From Azolla caroliniana (Eukaryota; Plantae; Polypodiophyta): DNA of 64,000 bases. The stretch spans positions 1,054,001 through 1,118,000 of the forward strand of contig JBHGNT010000003.1 in NCBI GenBank assembly GCA_043228905.1, read 5' to 3'. The notes under the pieces are model-generated. The model worked only from the letters and a program-made list of their open reading frames with translations, ran no database searches and was not told where the DNA came from. Made by a program: the position numbers and the translations under genes. Shown here piece by piece: positions 60,113-64,000 of this stretch. Every line of letters begins with the position of its first letter. The first letter of the stretch is position 1.

Positions 60113-61164
60113 GATCGTTCGATTGAAACCGACCCCACATGCGAACCAGGGCGAAGAGGGAGTCGGGGCTGATTGGCTGGGGACGGGTCTGGGCGAGTGT
60201 CGAGAATGCCGAGTTCCGGATAATTGAGCCTGATAGAAGTCAGATCGACCCGATCGGGGGTCGGAGGAGTCGAGACTGGTGGACGCGGAGAAGGGATTGA
60301 GCGGGGTCGGTGGCCACGAGGAGAAGGCCCGAGAAGGATCCTCCACACCTGATCTAGAGATTTCGGTAGTTGCGGATCAACATAAGACCGAGGAGACGGA
60401 AGGTGGCAGTGAGGGGATAAAGGTCATAGCAGACGAGGGCACCGAGGGAGTCAGACATAGTGTCGCGGAGAACGTTGTAGGCCAAATGGCCATTCGGATA
60501 AGAAGGGTGTTCCTCGGAGCGAAGCAGTGTTACCGGAGGCAACGAAGGACACTAAACTAGAGGAGACCGACACGGATGTCCTGGAGGAAGTGCACCTTAT
60601 CGAAGGGGTACACAAAGAAGGACGAGACGAGACACGTGCAATGTGGCCACACAAGGGTCGAGTATCGAGCATGGAGGGGATCAATGATGATGGGGAGTTA
60701 GAAGAAGTTCTGCGCGAGGTGGTGCCGAACTGAGGAAGCGATCAGGTTGAGACAAGCACATATGAGGTGCATAAGGAACGACTTCCGTCAGGCAATCAAA
60801 GTAGTCGGGGGTCCGGAAAAGGGGTATGTGCAAAGGACGTAGGAAGTCGGGTCGGGTCCGCAACAACATTCAGGATGTCTGCTCCAACCAACTGGAAAAT
60901 GAATGAGTGTGAACGTCGAATCTGGTGGATCCGGTGGCGTTGGCGGTTCGACGAGCATCGACGAGCATGGTGGATCAGATGGAGCCGGTGGTTCGGGTGG
61001 GGAGGCCAGACGAGCTCGAAATGGGGAGTCAAGGACGAGATGAAGACGAGCTCCTGATCGAGGACAAGGTCGGCCCAGGAGCCGATAGTTCGGGACCGAT
61101 TGAGGCCGACACAACAACCGGGTCCTGGAGCAGCGGAGGACCTAGTTGATCACCGTTGCCGTAA

Positions 61165-62557
61165 ATCTCTCATCTTCTTTCCCTTTTTTGAACATTGTCC
61201 TGAATTTTGCTTACAATTCACTAGGAATGGAGATCCAACAGATTTTGTATTAAACATGTTAAACCTTTGCAAAACTTTCATCACATATTTCTCTTGTGAT
61301 AACCGTAGCATGTTTTTAGTCTTGTCCCGGACTATATGCATTCCCAAAATTTGTTTTGTCGATCCTAGGTCTTTCATGGAAAAAGCTTTGCTCAAAGCTT
61401 TCTTCAAGCTTGCAATCTTTTTAGCATTCTGTCCAACAACTAAAATATCATCTACATACAACAAAAGAATAAGAAAATCACCTTCATCATACCTTTTCAC
61501 AAATACACAATGATCGGCTTGTGTTTTGTGGAATCTATGTTCCAACATGAAGGACTCCAACTTCTTATACCATTGTCGTGGATCTTGCTTCAACCCATAC
61601 AAGCTCTTCCTCAACCGACATACAAGATTCTCTTTTCCTTTTACCTCAAAGCCCTTCGACTATTGCATATAGATTTCCTCTTCCAACTCACCATGCAAGA
61701 ATGCTGTTTTAAAATCAAACTGTTCAATTTCCAGTTTCATACTGGCAACCATACTCAAAACGGTTCAAATGGACGTCATCTTGACAACTGGAGCAAATAT
61801 CTCATCAAAATCAATGCCCTTCTTCTGTTGAAAACCCTTCACTACAATATGGGCCTTATACCTAGGTGTACTTCCATCTTCTCCAGTCTTTAGTTTGTAG
61901 ACCCATTTGTTTCTAAGTGCCTTCTTTCCATCAGGCAGCTCCATCAGCTCATAGGTGTGGTTCTCATGCAAGGAAACCATTTCTTCTTGCATGGTACTGT
62001 ACCACTTCTCCTTGTGTGCATCAATCATGGCTTCTTCATAGCATTCAGGTTCCCCTTCACCAGTCAAGAGAATATATTGATTGGGTGGATACTGAGAGGA
62101 GGCCTTCCTTTGTCTTAGTGGATATCTTCTTCCTTCAAAAATCGGTTCAGATTCAGTTTCTTTTGCCACTCATCTTCCGAATCAGATTCATGTGCATCAG
62201 TTTGTTGTTGTGTGTTGGCTGACTCAAATTCGGTTTCATCAACCGGTTGTTGTTTGCCGACTGGTTGTGTGGAAGTGGGATCGACTAGTGCCGACTCTAT
62301 ACTAGTAGTCGACTGGGAAGACGACTCAGGTCTTTGTTGTCTCCAGTCTTCGATTGTCTTGTCTTCCATGATTATAACATCATGACTTCTTATCAAGGAG
62401 ATCCCACATCCTATACCCGAACTCATCTTCCGAGTACCCCAAGAATATGCAAGCCTTGGGCTTGCTATCCAGCGTTGACCTCTGATCTTTAGCAACATGC
62501 ACATAAGCCAAACATCCGAACACCCTTAAATACTGATAGGACACATTCCTTCCTGTG
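61165..62557 (-). mobile_element. Element D: older, AT-rich, frameshifted Tork-like copia fragment (integrase C-terminus to RT)
   Basis: Motifs LRVFGCLAYVHV, KKALRNKWVYKLK, GIDFDEIFAPVVKMTSI, KSLYGLKQDPRQW, YVDD. No LTRs. Confidence 0.9.
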
Positions 62558-62964
62558 CCTCGTGGGCCATGGCCATTTTCTATCATTGTATATGTAGGAT
62601 TTATTCCTAGTACTCACCCCTTTCTATGTTTAATCTCTTCTTTAGGGTTTTTTTGCTAACCAAGGTTCAAGTCTGACATCCATCTTCTAATTTTGATGGG
62701 CACTGCCAGGTCATTTCTGTTCACTGAAGGCGTGCAAGTAGTTTATGTTCGTGGCAATGAAAAGAGAACTATACAAATAAGGAGGAAGTTTCAGTCTTTT
62801 CTTTTGCTACATTTTTCACTGAATTTTTCTACACAAAAAACAATATCTCGACTGTAAGACGCCGAATTCCAAAGCATCAAAATATAAATATAGGTATACA
62901 GCCTGCGTGATTCGAAATCAGAATGCTACCCATGTTATTGTCACAATTCTTAGGAGATCACTTC

Positions 62965-64000
62965 TCATGGGACTCGAGGATTAAGGAGGATAGGGAGGCC
63001 TTTTACAGGGAAGGGCAATGGGTCCACCACAATGACTTCGTTAGGGTTCTCGAGAACCCATGAGAACTGAGTGACCAAGCGATAGAGGATCATCAGTATT
63101 TCCATGCGTGCGGATTCGTTGCCCGGACACATCCTTGGGCCCCCACCGAATGGGACGAATGTGAATGGAGCTGGGCCTGCTCCTTCGAAGCGCGATGGAT
63201 CAAACTTGTCTGGATTGGGGAAATACTTCGGGTTCGATGAGTGAGTTCACTGACCACATTATCTGTGTGCAGGAAAAAATGCATGATATATATCATTTTG
63301 TTAGGTGTTCGATTAGAACCTCAAGAGAAGTGAGAGCTAATAAGAGTTGTGATTTTTGTGACCTTCCATGACTTTGGGATCCTAAACCCATCGAAGATCA
63401 TGTCTTCGGGTGCCAACCTGAATGATCCCTGTGATGGTGGCATTAACCTCATCGATTCCTGAACCACTCTCCATGAAAGCTTCATCTTCTGTATACCTCC
63501 CCAATTCAAGAGCTCGCCGGGGGCCTTGCTTGCTGCTATCTCCTTGTTCTTTGAACACCACCAAAAAACAAGCCTTTTAATGCAAATCCATGAAGGGATC
63601 AAATAAGATTTCGCATTTATCACAAGAGAGGCAACACAAACCTCTGTAAACCTCCTCCATTATGTGGGGATTAGATGCAAGATATTTGTAGGTCATGGTG
63701 GCTACAATCTTGCTGGTATCATGGCCTGCAAAGAGCATCATGAGGATGTTGTCCTTCACCTCCTTATCAGACAAAAATTGGCCATGCTCATCTGTATATG
63801 CAAGAAATCCGGAGAGGATGTCTGGATGCTCAGTGACAGAGCCAGCATCCATATCTCTCCTTCTCTCATCGATCCATACCTGCAACTGCTTTCTTATCAC
63901 GTCAGAAGCTGCGAGCGATTTATTATATCTCGTTCCAGGAATGTTGATCGGTATCTGCATCATGCCTTTCACCATGGTATTGAAAGGAATAAGGAGCATA
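62965..64000 (-). pseudogene. Cytochrome P450, CYP85 clan, CYP716-like; 3' three exons only, frame-disrupted as given
   Basis: Exons >64000-63642, ~63548-63363 and 63262-62965. I-helix AGHDTS, ExxR ESMR, FDPSRF, heme motif [11 protein letters not shown]. Frame breaks at ~63545 and ~63235. Confidence 0.75.

Larger units (their letters stand above)
39182..61160 (+). mobile_element. Element A: decayed, truncated Ty3/gypsy-related LTR element acting as host for nested insertions (own segments 39182-41842, 49212-49490, 60118-~61160)
   Basis: Partial LTR ending TGACA at 39879, then TCTT and PBS TGGTGAACCCGACATGAA (39884-39901). Broken gag resembles the gag of element E. The ~60-bp Glu-rich repeat continues across the insertions. 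No pol and no 3' LTR seen. Confidence 0.7.

Overview
Eukaryotic land-plant nuclear DNA with GT-AG introns. The gene set and TE families suggest a non-seed plant such as a fern (inference). The AT-rich left half holds three intact spliced genes: a Yip1-domain YIP4/YIPF6 gene (-), ARP3 (+, 10 exons, 427 aa) and a class II trehalose-6-phosphate synthase/phosphatase (-, 855 aa). It also has LINE fragments, a hAT-type MITE just upstream of ARP3 and several local repeat arrays. From about 35.2 to 62.6 kb lies a nested retrotransposon pile. A decayed L1-like LINE is followed by a GC-rich, apparently pol-less Ty3/gypsy relic (A). A hosts a very young, complete Ty3/gypsy (E) with a tRNA-Trp PBS, a 4-bp TSD and a candidate +1 frameshift. 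A also hosts a Tork-like Ty1/copia (B, -), and a near-identical copia (C, +) has inserted in opposite orientation into B's 5' LTR. B plus C form a ~10 kb inverted repeat downstream of B's intact LTR promoter, a candidate Mu-killer-like hairpin/siRNA locus. C also has an aberrant, apparently unprocessed right junction. An older copia fragment and a frame-disrupted CYP716-like P450 end the window. All alignments were done by eye; nothing was computed or searched.
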